Below, piece by piece: positions 1-8,192 of a stretch of DNA of 56,882 nucleotides. Numbering within the stretch: position 1 is the stretch's first letter; each line of letters opens with the position of its first letter. The notes below the pieces were generated by a model. It saw nothing but the letters and a program-made list of their open reading frames with translations, did not search any database and was not told the origin of the DNA. The stretch spans positions 1 to 56,882 of the forward strand of contig JACPAY010000004.1 in assembly GCA_016180575.1 (NCBI GenBank), read 5' to 3'. The stretch comes from Candidatus Omnitrophota bacterium (GTDB taxonomy: Bacteria; Omnitrophota; Gorgyraeia; Aquiviventales; Aquiviventaceae). The position numbers and the translations under genes are program-made.

Positions 1-165
1 AACGCCCTCGCCGAGGTGGCCTGGAACGAGCCGCAGGAGCTCATCGGCAAGATGGACCGCCGCCGCTCGGCGGCCAACGGCGTGCGCTACGTCGAGATTG
101 CTCCCGGAGACCAGGAGGCCATCACGGCATTCATCGCCGGCCGGCTGCGGGCCGCCGGCAGTTAA
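1..165 (+). CDS. C-terminal fragment of an unidentified protein (5' end lies outside the window)
   Basis: Frame 1 is open from the window edge to TAA at 163-165 (...VRYVEIAPGDQEAITAFIAGRLRAAGS*). It is followed by a canonical terminator. It is absent from the ORF track because it has no start. Confidence 0.45.
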   Translation, partial: NALAEVAWNEPQELIGKMDRRRSAANGVRYVEIAPGDQEAITAFIAGRLRAAGS

Positions 166-190
166 CGATTTGTTGCGGGGACAACCGAGG

Positions 191-226
191 ACGCAGGAGA
201 GAGACGCTCTCTTCTGCGTTTTTTAT
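191..226 (+). terminator. Rho-independent terminator
   Basis: Stem ACGCAGGAGAG / CTCTTCTGCGT with a short loop, followed by TTTTTTA, directly after the stop at 165. Confidence 0.7.
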
Positions 227-258
227 TCATGCGCGCTGCTCTGTCGAATACCTCGCTG

Positions 259-450
259 GGCCGCGGGTCCTGCCGCGCCGCCACCCCGCCGGCTGTCCTC
301 CCCCCGCGGCTTCGTTTGGCTTCGCCAACCGAAGCCAAACGTGCGGGGGTGCGGGCAGGCGGCGGGGGCCCCGGCTCTGCCTCGACTCCGCTCGGCATTC
401 GTCCCGAGCGAGGCAAAGCCGAGTCGAGGGACTCCGCGTCACCCGCGGCC
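259..450 (+). repeat. GC-rich hairpin element, copy A (composite: core plus two nested hairpin insertions)
   Basis: Shares GGCCGCGGGTCCTGCCGCGCCGCCACCCCGCCGGCTGTCCTC ... GCGGGCAGGCGGCGGGGGCCCCGGCTC ... TCCGCGTCACCCGCGGCC with copies at 21414, 23159, 36112, 49820 and 50793. Extra hairpins at about 313-342 and 378-432. Confidence 0.85.
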
Positions 451-474
451 ACACGGCGATTTTCGACAGAGCAC

Positions 475-2877
475 ATGCGCGCACCTCTCGTCCCGGTCAC
501 GGTGGCGTTCCTGCTTGGCGTTTTGTTGGCCACGGGCCTCGCGCCCCATCCCGCCGGCCTCGCGCTCGCCGGGGTCCTGAGCGCCTGGCTGGTCTGCCGG
601 GGCCGCCGGCGCGCCAAGACGCGTGTGCTGGCCTTGTTTGCGCTCTGGCTCTGCCTGGGGGCCCTGCGGATGGCGGCCTGGCAATCGCATCCGGATGCGC
701 GGCTCCCGGGCCTGCTCAGCGACGAGCCGAAGGCCATCCAAGTGCATGGTGTGGCGCTGAGCGACGGCGCCATCACCGCAGCGGAGCGGCGGCGCGGCCA
801 GCGGTGTGTCCTGAGCCTTCGGCACGCGCGGCTCGGCGGGCATTGGCGGCCGCTTCGCGGGCGGGTCCTCATGCAGCTGGCGGCCGGCGCCTTCCCGGTC
901 TCCTACGGCGATGACCTCATCGTGGAGGGCACATGGTCCCGCGTGCCGTCGCGGGGCAACCCGGGCCAATATGATTGGCGCTCGGCGCTCGCCCGCAAGC
1001 GCATCCACGGCCTCGTGCGCGTGCGGTCGTTTGATGGCGTCGCGCTCCTGCGGAGGGGGCAGGGGAATCCCCTCCTCGCCGCCGTCTCCCGATGGCGCCG
1101 GCGGTGGGCCGCGCTGATTGAGCGGCGCTTCACGCCGTCCCATGCGGGCCTGCTGCTCGCCGCGCTGCTCGGCGCGCGGACCGAGCTGGACGAGGAGGTC
1201 GAAGAAGCGTTCGTGGCCACTGGGACCATCCACCTGCTCGTCATCAGCGGCTTCAACGTGGGGATCATCGCACTGCTGCTGGAGTGGCTGCTGAAGCTGC
1301 TCGGTGTGCCGTGGCGGCTGCGTCTGGCCGGCGCGGCGGCCGGCGTCGGGGGCTACTGTCTCCTGACCGGCCTGGCGCCGCCGGTGGCCCGCGCCACCGT
1401 CATGGCGTGGGTCGTGCTGGGGGCGCTGGCGCTTGACCGCGTCATCTCCTGGCCCAACACCCTGGCGGCCGCGGCGCTCGCCATCCTGTGGCTCGAGCCG
1501 TCGCAGCTCTTCGATCCGGGGTTTCAGCTCTCCTTCGGCGCCGTGCTGAGCCTGCTGGCGTTCGCCCGCGCCTGGAGCGGCGGGGTGGAGCAGCGGCTCG
1601 GCTGGGCTCATCCGGCGTGGCTGCGGCGGTACGCGGCGGGGAGCCTTGGCGCGACGTGCGCCATCTGGGTGGGGCTCTCGCCGGTCCTGGCCTGGTACTT
1701 CCATCTCGTGTCGCCGGTCTCCCTGCTGGCGAACCTGCTGGTGGCACCCCTCGTGAGTGCGCTGGTCGGCCTGGGGACGCCGCTGCTGCTGGTCGGCGCC
1801 TGGTGCGAGCCGGCCATCCGCTGGAGCGGCTGGGCGTTGACGGCGCTGCTCGACGCGGCCGTGCGCGTCGTGTGGTGGTGCCAACGGATTCCAGGCGGCC
1901 ATTGGTTCGTGGCGCCGCCCTCGCCCGGCTGGCTGGCCGGCTACTACGGCCTGCTCGGCCTCTCACTCCTCAGGCGCCCGCTGGGGTGGACCCACGGCCG
2001 GCTGCTCGCCTGCTGGCTCGCGGGGCTGGCCCTGTGGGCATGGAGCGGTGTCGCCCTTCGGGCGGCGGAGTCGCGGTGGCTGCGCGTGGACATCCTGGAC
2101 GTCGGCCACGGCGACAGCTGCCTTGTGCGCACGCCGGCGGGGCACGCCCTCCTCATTGACGCAGGCACCCAGGAGGCCGGCCGCGCCCGGGTCGTGCCGT
2201 TCCTGCGCCATGCCGGGATCACGGCGCTCGACGCGCTGGTGCTGACGCATGCCGATGAGGACCATCTGGGCGGCGCGATTCCCGTCCTTGCCGCATTGCC
2301 CGTGCGGCGGCTCTTGACGAACGGGGTGCAGGATGACACGATGTCCGCACGCCAGGTCCGGCGCCTGGCGGCGTCGCGGGGCGTTCCCGAGACGGCGCTG
2401 GCGGCGGGGATGACGCTGGGGGGCGGGCCTGGGGTGCGCCTGGAGGTCCTCCATCCGCCGCTCGGTCTCGTGCCCGGCACCGCGCCTGCCTCCAACGACA
2501 ACTCGCTCGTGGTGAAGGCCGCGCGCGGCGCGGTCAGCTTCCTCCTGACCGGGGATATCGAAGAAGCGGGATTGCCCTGGCTGCTGCGCGCGGAGGATGG
2601 GCGGCTCGGCGCGTCGGTGCTGAAGGTCCCGCACCACGGCAGCCGACTGGGGCGCGCGGGAGAGCAACTCTTCCGGCGGGTCCGGCCCGCGTTCGCGGTG
2701 GTGAGCGTCGGGCGCGCGCACCGTCTGCCGGCGCCCGAGACGCTTGAGGCGCTGCGGGGGGGCGGGGCGGTCGTGGTCTCGACGCAGGCGGATGGCGCGG
2801 TGCGGCTGCGCACCGACGGGCGCCGGCTGGACGTGCGGACGTTCCGCAGCCGGAAACACTGGACCCTTGGATGGTGA
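475..2877 (+). CDS. comEC: DNA internalization competence protein ComEC/Rec2 (membrane domain plus metallo-beta-lactamase domain)
   Basis: Polytopic N-terminal two-thirds. C-terminal LDVGHGDS...HADEDHLGG...VPHHGS beta-lactamase-fold motifs. I moved the start to ATG 475 because ORF residues 1-82 are the translation of the repeat element. Confidence 0.85.
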   Translation: MRAPLVPVTVAFLLGVLLATGLAPHPAGLALAGVLSAWLVCRGRRRAKTRVLALFALWLCLGALRMAAWQSHPDARLPGLLSDEPKAIQVHGVALSDGAITAAERRRGQRCVLSLRHARLGGHWRPLRGRVLMQLAAGAFPVSYGDDLIVEGTWSRVPSRGNPGQYDWRSALARKRIHGLVRVRSFDGVALLRRGQGNPLLAAVSRWRRRWAALIERRFTPSHAGLLLAALLGARTELDEEVEEAFVATGTIHLLVISGFNVGIIALLLEWLLKLLGVPWRLRLAGAAAGVGGYCLLTGLAPPVARATVMAWVVLGALALDRVISWPNTLAAAALAILWLEPSQLFDPGFQLSFGAVLSLLAFARAWSGGVEQRLGWAHPAWLRRYAAGSLGATCAIWVGLSPVLAWYFHLVSPVSLLANLLVAPLVSALVGLGTPLLLVGAWCEPAIRWSGWALTALLDAAVRVVWWCQRIPGGHWFVAPPSPGWLAGYYGLLGLSLLRRPLGWTHGRLLACWLAGLALWAWSGVALRAAESRWLRVDILDVGHGDSCLVRTPAGHALLIDAGTQEAGRARVVPFLRHAGITALDALVLTHADEDHLGGAIPVLAALPVRRLLTNGVQDDTMSARQVRRLAASRGVPETALAAGMTLGGGPGVRLEVLHPPLGLVPGTAPASNDNSLVVKAARGAVSFLLTGDIEEAGLPWLLRAEDGRLGASVLKVPHHGSRLGRAGEQLFRRVRPAFAVVSVGRAHRLPAPETLEALRGGGAVVVSTQADGAVRLRTDGRRLDVRTFRSRKHWTLGW

Positions 2878-3806
2878 TGATTCGGATCGGGCTCGGATTG
2901 GGGCTCTTCGTCGGCTCCATGGCGGCGGGCTGGTGGCTCAACCGGCGCGGGACGCTCTCGGAGGCCCGCGCCTCCCACCTCGTGCGGTGGATTGTCACCG
3001 TGCCCTCGCCGATTGTCCTGTGCCTCTCGTTCTGGCGCATGAACCTCCGCAGCCTCGAGCCGTGGCTGCTGCCGTTCCTGGGCCTTGTCATCTCCTCCTC
3101 GACGCTGGCCCCGGCCTTCTGGTACGCCAGGCGCGCGAGGCTCTCCCGGCCGCAGGCCGGCAGCTTTCTCACCTGCGCCTTCTTCTCCAACCTCGGGTAC
3201 CTCGGCGCGTTCACCGCGTTTGCGGTCTACGGCGAGGCCGCCTACGCCCTGTGCATGCTGTATCTCGTCTTCTTCACCCCGTGCTTCTACACCTTCGGGT
3301 TCGGGGTCGGGGCGCGGTACGGCGAGCAGGCCAGGGAAGCATCGGCGATGAAGGCCGCGTTCAGCGACCGGCTCCGGCTCTATCCCTTCCTGGGGATGCT
3401 GGCCGGAGCAGGGCTCAGCCTGGCCGGGGTGCCGCGGCCGGTCCCGCTTGAGTGGCTCAACCACGTCCTCATCCCCACGGATACCGCGCTCTACCTCATC
3501 GCCATCGGCTCCCAGGTCACCTTCGAGTGGCCGCGCTCCCTCCTGCGGCCGTGCCTCGCCATGAGCGGGATCAAGTTCCTCTACACGCCGCTCATCGCCT
3601 GGGCCCTGGTGAGCCTGGTCCACCTCCAGGGGCTGCCCCGGTTCGTGGTGCTCCTGGAGGCCGCGACGCCGGTCGCCGTGTCGCCGCTTGTGCTGCCGCT
3701 CCTCTTCGGCCTCGACAAGCGCCTCGCCAACGCGGTCTGGCTGTTCACGACCGTCCTGTCGCTCGCCGTGTTCGCCGTCTTCCTTCCCCTCCTCATCACC
3801 TTTTGA
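2871..3806 (+). CDS. AEC-family (auxin efflux carrier-like) membrane transporter
   Basis: 311-aa polytopic protein with an FFSNLGYLG-type motif and two-halves topology. Start overlaps the comEC stop. Confidence 0.55.
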   Translation: MVMIRIGLGLGLFVGSMAAGWWLNRRGTLSEARASHLVRWIVTVPSPIVLCLSFWRMNLRSLEPWLLPFLGLVISSSTLAPAFWYARRARLSRPQAGSFLTCAFFSNLGYLGAFTAFAVYGEAAYALCMLYLVFFTPCFYTFGFGVGARYGEQAREASAMKAAFSDRLRLYPFLGMLAGAGLSLAGVPRPVPLEWLNHVLIPTDTALYLIAIGSQVTFEWPRSLLRPCLAMSGIKFLYTPLIAWALVSLVHLQGLPRFVVLLEAATPVAVSPLVLPLLFGLDKRLANAVWLFTTVLSLAVFAVFLPLLITF

Positions 3807-3841
3807 CTTTCTCCGGACGATTTGGTATCGTGTCCTCGTCG

Positions 3842-4801
3842 ATGAAATTCCTCCGCCTCGCACGCCAGCTCCTCCTCGTCGCGCTGATCGCCGGGGCCTC
3901 GGCGCCGCCCGCCTCCGCCGCGTGGATCTGGTCGCCGCAGACCGGCTGGATCGGCCCCACGGGGGCGGTGAAGGACAGCCCCGAAGAACAGCTCGCGTTC
4001 GCCGTCGGGTTCTTCGAGCGGCAGGACTACAAGCGGGCCAAGCGGGAGTTCCGGAAGCTCCTCAAGGCCTACCGGGAGTCGCGGGAGGCCGCGGAGGCGC
4101 AGTACCACCTCGGCCGCTGCGAGGAGGAAGACGGAGATTACTACAAGGCCTTCCTGGAGTACCGCAAGACCGTCCAGACCTACCCGTCGACCGCTCGCTT
4201 CGCGGAGATCCTGGAGCGCGAGTACCGGCTCGGGAACCACTTTCTCGCCGGCAAGAAGCGCAAGTTCTTCGGCACCGCGGCGATCCTCCCCGCGCGCGAC
4301 AAGGCGATCGAGATCTTCCAGGCCATCGCGGACGACGGGCCGTTCAGCGAGCACGGGCAGCTTGCCCAGTACAAGCTGGGGCTCGCGCACGCGGCGCTGG
4401 GGAATTACGAGGCGGCGGTGTCGGCCTTCGAGCAGCTGGTCTCGCGGTATCCCGACTCGCCGCTCGTGGACGACGCGCACTACCAGATCGCCCTAGCCAG
4501 CCTCAAGGGGACCTTCAAGGCCGCCTACGACCAGTCGCCGACCGACACGGCGATCCGCGAGCTCCGGGCCTTCCTCAAGCGCTATCCGGAGAGCGAGCTC
4601 TCCGGGGAGGCGGCGGACCGCCTGCAATCGCTCCAGGAGCGGCGCGCCCAGCATGAGTACCAGGTGGGCCAGTTCTATGAGCGGCGCAGGCGCCATGCAT
4701 CCGCCATCATCTCCTACGAGGCGGTCGTGGCGCAGTACGGCTACACCAGCTGGGCGCCCCAGGCCGCCGCGCGGATCCAGGTCCTCCAGCAGCGCATGTG
4801 A
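3842..4801 (+). CDS. bamD: TPR-repeat outer-membrane assembly protein, BamD/YfiO-like
   Basis: Signal peptide MKFLRLARQLLLVALIAGASAPPASA, then repeated A..Y..G.C....DY..A TPR-like helices. Start chosen at in-frame ATG 3842 inside ORF 3452-4801. No lipobox Cys, so the symbol is tentative. Confidence 0.55.
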   Translation: MKFLRLARQLLLVALIAGASAPPASAAWIWSPQTGWIGPTGAVKDSPEEQLAFAVGFFERQDYKRAKREFRKLLKAYRESREAAEAQYHLGRCEEEDGDYYKAFLEYRKTVQTYPSTARFAEILEREYRLGNHFLAGKKRKFFGTAAILPARDKAIEIFQAIADDGPFSEHGQLAQYKLGLAHAALGNYEAAVSAFEQLVSRYPDSPLVDDAHYQIALASLKGTFKAAYDQSPTDTAIRELRAFLKRYPESELSGEAADRLQSLQERRAQHEYQVGQFYERRRRHASAIISYEAVVAQYGYTSWAPQAAARIQVLQQRM

Positions 4802-5340
4802 TGACGGCCAGGGTCCGCCTGTTGCTTGCGGCGTCCGGCCTCCTGGCGGCCGGGTGCGGCTACACCACCCGCCCGGGCATCGCCTCCCACCTGCGGACCG
4901 TCTACGTCAAGCCGTTCGTCAACAAGATCGACCTCACCCGGCAGGCGTCCAGCCGCGAGCGGTTTCCCATCTACCGCCACCAGATGGAAGTGGACCTCAC
5001 CAACGAGGTGGTCCGGCGCTACCAGTTCACCGGCCTGCTGCGGCCGTCGAGCGCCGAGCGGGCGGACACCCGGCTCGAGGGCGAGCTGGTTGATTTCCGG
5101 CGGGACGCCCTGCGCTACAACGCCTCGCAGCAGGTGGAGGAATGGCGCCTCAACATCGTGGTGGACCTGCGCTTCATCGAGCAGAAGACCCAGGCCGTGC
5201 TCTGGGAAGAGACCGGCTTCACGGGCGACACCACGTACTTCGCGCTGGGCGCGAATGCGGAATCGGAGTCCGCGGCGCTCTCCCGCGCCCTCACGGACCT
5301 GGCCCGGCGGGTTGTCGAGCGGAGCGTGGAAGACTGGTGA
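4798..5340 (+). CDS. lptE: LPS-assembly lipoprotein LptE-like
   Basis: Lipobox LLAAGCGY and size of about 180 aa. Sits directly upstream of holA, which is conserved lptE-holA synteny. GTG 4798 or ATG 4801 overlaps the bamD stop. Confidence 0.6.
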   Translation: MMTARVRLLLAASGLLAAGCGYTTRPGIASHLRTVYVKPFVNKIDLTRQASSRERFPIYRHQMEVDLTNEVVRRYQFTGLLRPSSAERADTRLEGELVDFRRDALRYNASQQVEEWRLNIVVDLRFIEQKTQAVLWEETGFTGDTTYFALGANAESESAALSRALTDLARRVVERSVEDW

Positions 5341-5364
5341 CGCGCGCGAAAAATCCCCTCCTTT

Positions 5365-5449
5365 TGCGTAATGCGTAACGCGTAATGTGCAATGGGAAGG
5401 CCGGACGACGGCGCCGTTACATTACGCATTACCCATTACGCATTACGCA
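5365..5449. repeat. Heptamer-built hairpin (GCGTAAT-type), locus 1
   Basis: 5' arm TGCGTAATGCGTAACGCGTAATGTGCAATGGG and 3' arm GTTACATTACGCATTACCCATTACGCATTACGCA. The last 29 nt (5421-5449) are identical to 31581-31609. Confidence 0.85.
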
Positions 5450-5464
5450 GGCGATACCTCCCTG

Positions 5465-6259
5465 ATGTCCTCCGGCAGCCTCCTCCTCTTGCTCGGCCCG
5501 GACCGCCCACGGAAGCTCCAGCGCCTCCACGAGCTGGCGCGTGAGCTCCGGGTCGATCCCCTGGACCATCATCGGCTTGACGGCTCGACGCTGAGCGCCG
5601 CAGCGCTCCTGGCCCTCTGCCGCCAGCGGCCGGCGGCCAGCCCGGTCCGCCTGATCGTGGTCGATCAGGCCCACCGGTTGGACGCCGCCGCGGTGGACGC
5701 CCTGCTCGCGCACGCGCCCGTGATCGCGCAGAGCGCCTGCGTGGTTCTGCTGGTGGAAGCGGAGCTGGGCCTGCGCCACGCGCTCAGCAGGGCGCTGCAG
5801 GGAGCGCGGGAGCACCTGGCGACCGAGCGGTTCCCGGGACGGAGCGGCCCCTCCGCGAAGCCGTTCGCGCTGACGGATGCGTTGGGAAACCGCGAGGCGG
5901 GGGAGGCGCTGGCCGCGCTGCGGGAACAGCTGGTGGCCGGCAAGGATCCCCTGGAGCTGCTGGGCCTGATCGCGTGGCAGGTCAACCGCTGGGTGACGGT
6001 CAAGCGGCTGGGCGAGGCCGGCTACAGCGCCGAGCGGATGTGCGCGGCGACCGGCCTCCATCCCTGGCAGGTGCAGCGGGTGCGCGCCGAGGTGGCCAAC
6101 CGCTCATTGGAGTCGCTGCGGCAGGCGCTTGAGCGCTGCTGGCGGCTGGATGCGGATGCGAAGCGCAGCCGGAATATTCCCGAGCTGGCCGTCGAGCAGC
6201 TGGTCGTCGAGCTCTCTCTGGCGCCGCTACCGGTACTACCGGTATCTGATACGGTATAG
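5465..6259 (+). CDS. holA: DNA polymerase III delta subunit (short form)
   Basis: N-terminal LLLLLGPD...L. Position after lptE. ATG 5465 chosen because upstream ORF residues are repeat-encoded. Shorter than typical HolA. Confidence 0.55.
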   Translation: MSSGSLLLLLGPDRPRKLQRLHELARELRVDPLDHHRLDGSTLSAAALLALCRQRPAASPVRLIVVDQAHRLDAAAVDALLAHAPVIAQSACVVLLVEAELGLRHALSRALQGAREHLATERFPGRSGPSAKPFALTDALGNREAGEALAALREQLVAGKDPLELLGLIAWQVNRWVTVKRLGEAGYSAERMCAATGLHPWQVQRVRAEVANRSLESLRQALERCWRLDADAKRSRNIPELAVEQLVVELSLAPLPVLPVSDTV

Positions 6260-6326
6260 ATACCCTCGCAGAGGCCGTATCAGATACCGGAACTGTACCC
6301 TCGCAGAGGCCGTATCAGATACCGGA
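6227..6326. repeat. GTATC-N-GATAC palindrome cluster with a perfect 31-bp tandem direct repeat
   Basis: TACCCTCGCAGAGGCCGTATCAGATACCGGA at 6261-6291 and again at 6296-6326, preceded by CTACCGGTACTACCGGTATCTGATACGG. Overlaps the holA stop (6257-6259) and the rpsT stop (6315-6317). Confidence 0.9.
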
Positions 6327-6575
6327 GAGCCTGTGCGCGAGGCGGGACTTGGTGCGGGCGGCGGTGTTGGGGTGGATGACCCGCGCTGAGGCCGCCCGGT
6401 CGAATTTCTTCGAGACGAGCCGGATGAGCTGGCGGGCTTCCTCGTGCTTCTGCTCGCCGAGCAGGGTCAGGAGCCGCTTCGTGAGCGTCCTCAGCTCCGC
6501 ACGGACGGCCTGATTGCGGCTCGCTCGTGCGCGGTCCTTCCGGATCTGCTTCAGGGCGGCGTGCTTGATCGGCAT
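6315..6575 (-). CDS. rpsT: 30S ribosomal protein S20
   Basis: MPIKHAALKQIRKDRARASRNQAVRAELRT... is a typical S20 N-terminus. GGAGGA Shine-Dalgarno upstream of ATG 6575. This is the only minus-strand gene I accept. Confidence 0.9.
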   Translation of the reverse strand: MPIKHAALKQIRKDRARASRNQAVRAELRTLTKRLLTLLGEQKHEEARQLIRLVSKKFDRAASARVIHPNTAARTKSRLAHRLSGI

Positions 6576-6614
6576 GGCTCCTCCTTCTTTCACGCAAGGG
6601 CCCCATTCTAGCAC

Positions 6615-8192
6615 ATGACCTCCTCAGCGTCGACACGGATTGCGCGGTCCACCGGCGTCCTGGCGTTGGCCACCGGGGCGAGCCGCCTCCTCGGCTTCGT
6701 GCGGGACATCCTGCTCGCCGGCCTCTTCGGCACGGGGGCCCAGGCCCAGGCGTTCGTCGTGGCCTTCCGGCTGCCCAACCTGCTGCGGGACCTCGTGGCG
6801 GAGGGCGCGGTGACCAGCGCCTTCGTGCCCGTGCTGAGCTGGTACCGGGCGAAGGGCCGGATCGAGGAGTTCTGGCGCCTGAGCCAGGCGCTGCTCGCGC
6901 GGGTGCTGGTGTTCGTGTGCGCGGCCGCTCTCGCCGGGGCGCTGGCGGCCCCCCAGATCGTCCGGCTGATCGCCCCGGGCTTCGCGGCGGACCCCGAGAA
7001 GTTCGCCCTGACGGTCCGCCTGACCCGCATCCTCTTCCCGTTCGTGGCGCTCGTCGGCCTCTGGGCGTATTTCATGGGGCTCCTGAACAGCCTCCGCCAC
7101 TTCGCCATGCCGGCGCTCGGCCCCGCGATCCTGAACCTGGCCATGATCGCCGCGTGCCTCTGGTGGGTGCCGCGGACGACGCCGGGCATCCTCGCCGTGG
7201 CAGTCGGCGTGATGGCCGGGGGGCTCGTCCAGCTCGCCGTCCAGCTGCCCGTCGTGGTCCGGCTGGGATTCCAGTGGCGCTGGCGCTGGCGCCATCCGGG
7301 CTCGGCCGAGGTCATGCGGCTGCTCGGGCCGCGCACGGTCGGCTCGGCGGCGTATCAGGCGAGCGTCCTCGTCCACACCGCCCTCGCCTCGCTCAGCGGC
7401 ATCGTCGGCGAGGGGGCGGTCGCGGCGCTCTACTTCGCCAACCGGCTCGTCCAGCTCCCGCTGGCGCTGTTCGGCACCGCCTCCGCCCAGGCGAGCCTCC
7501 CGCTGCTTTCCGAGCAGGCGGCCCAGGAGGACCTGGCGGGCTTGCGCGGCACGCTGCTCACCGTGCTCCGGATGGTGGGGTTCGTCATGCTGCCCTCCAC
7601 CGTCGGGCTGATGGTGCTGGCGTTCCCCATCGTGGGCGGGCTGTTCGAGCGGGGGGCGTTCGACCGCCAGGCGACCGTCATGACCGCCCAGGCGCTCATC
7701 TGCTACGCGCTGGGCCTGGTCGCCTACGCGGTCGCCAAGGTCCTGACCGGGGCGTTCTACGCGCTGCGGGACACGCGGACGCCGGTGCGGTTGGCCGTCG
7801 AGGCGGTCGCGGTCAACCTCCTGTTGAGCCTGGCCCTGATGTGGCCGCTGCGGGTGAACGGCCTCGCGCTGGCCGCGGCCGCAGCCAACACCCTGAATGC
7901 GCTGCGCCTGGTGCGGGGCCTCGAGCGGCGGCTGGGCGCGCCGCTGCTGCAGCCGTTGATCCCCTCGCTCATCCGGCAGGCCGGCGCCTCGGCGCTCATG
8001 GGTCTGGGTTGCTGGGCGATGTGGCGCGCGTGGCTCTCCGGAGGCCCCGCATGGCTGGGGCTCCTCCTCGTCATCCTCGCAGGGCTCGTCATCTATGCCG
8101 CCGCCTGCCGCCTCTTCCGAGTTCAGGAAGTGAGGTCCATCGTCCGATGGCTCGGCAACCCGCCGCTCCTGCAAATCTTCGTGAGCGAGTAG
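6615..8192 (+). CDS. murJ: Lipid II flippase MurJ/MviN
   Basis: STGVLALATGASRLLGFVRDILLAGLFGTG...AFVVAFRLPNLLRDLVAEGA is the MurJ signature; 525-aa polytopic protein. Confidence 0.9.
   Translation: MTSSASTRIARSTGVLALATGASRLLGFVRDILLAGLFGTGAQAQAFVVAFRLPNLLRDLVAEGAVTSAFVPVLSWYRAKGRIEEFWRLSQALLARVLVFVCAAALAGALAAPQIVRLIAPGFAADPEKFALTVRLTRILFPFVALVGLWAYFMGLLNSLRHFAMPALGPAILNLAMIAACLWWVPRTTPGILAVAVGVMAGGLVQLAVQLPVVVRLGFQWRWRWRHPGSAEVMRLLGPRTVGSAAYQASVLVHTALASLSGIVGEGAVAALYFANRLVQLPLALFGTASAQASLPLLSEQAAQEDLAGLRGTLLTVLRMVGFVMLPSTVGLMVLAFPIVGGLFERGAFDRQATVMTAQALICYALGLVAYAVAKVLTGAFYALRDTRTPVRLAVEAVAVNLLLSLALMWPLRVNGLALAAAAANTLNALRLVRGLERRLGAPLLQPLIPSLIRQAGASALMGLGCWAMWRAWLSGGPAWLGLLLVILAGLVIYAAACRLFRVQEVRSIVRWLGNPPLLQIFVSE

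Noticed and set aside
229-474. N-terminal extensions of ORFs that read through repeat elements: comEC from 229, aroE from 49890, pilD from 50802, holA from 5387, mlaF from 28468.
   Set aside because: The extra residues (for example ...[25 protein letters not shown]) are just translations of the interspersed repeats, and the same peptide appears in unrelated ORFs. Conserved protein N-termini begin after the repeats.
1944-3863. Very long minus-strand ORFs. Examples: 1944-3863, 12535-13764, 13954-15726, 17280-19136, 20143-21810, 21823-23283, 36199-37827, 42756-44852, 48236-49795.
   Set aside because: Each is antisense to a + strand gene with clear family motifs. The translations are Arg/Pro/Gly/Ala-rich low-complexity strings, typical of stop-poor shadow frames in high-GC DNA.
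6261-6326. Possible CRISPR-like arrays at 6261-6326 (two 31-bp repeats) and 28468-28536 (octamer tandems).
   Set aside because: Only two units separated by 4 nt, or contiguous 8-mers with no spacers. There are no cas genes and no leader. These are tandem or inverted repeats, not CRISPR.
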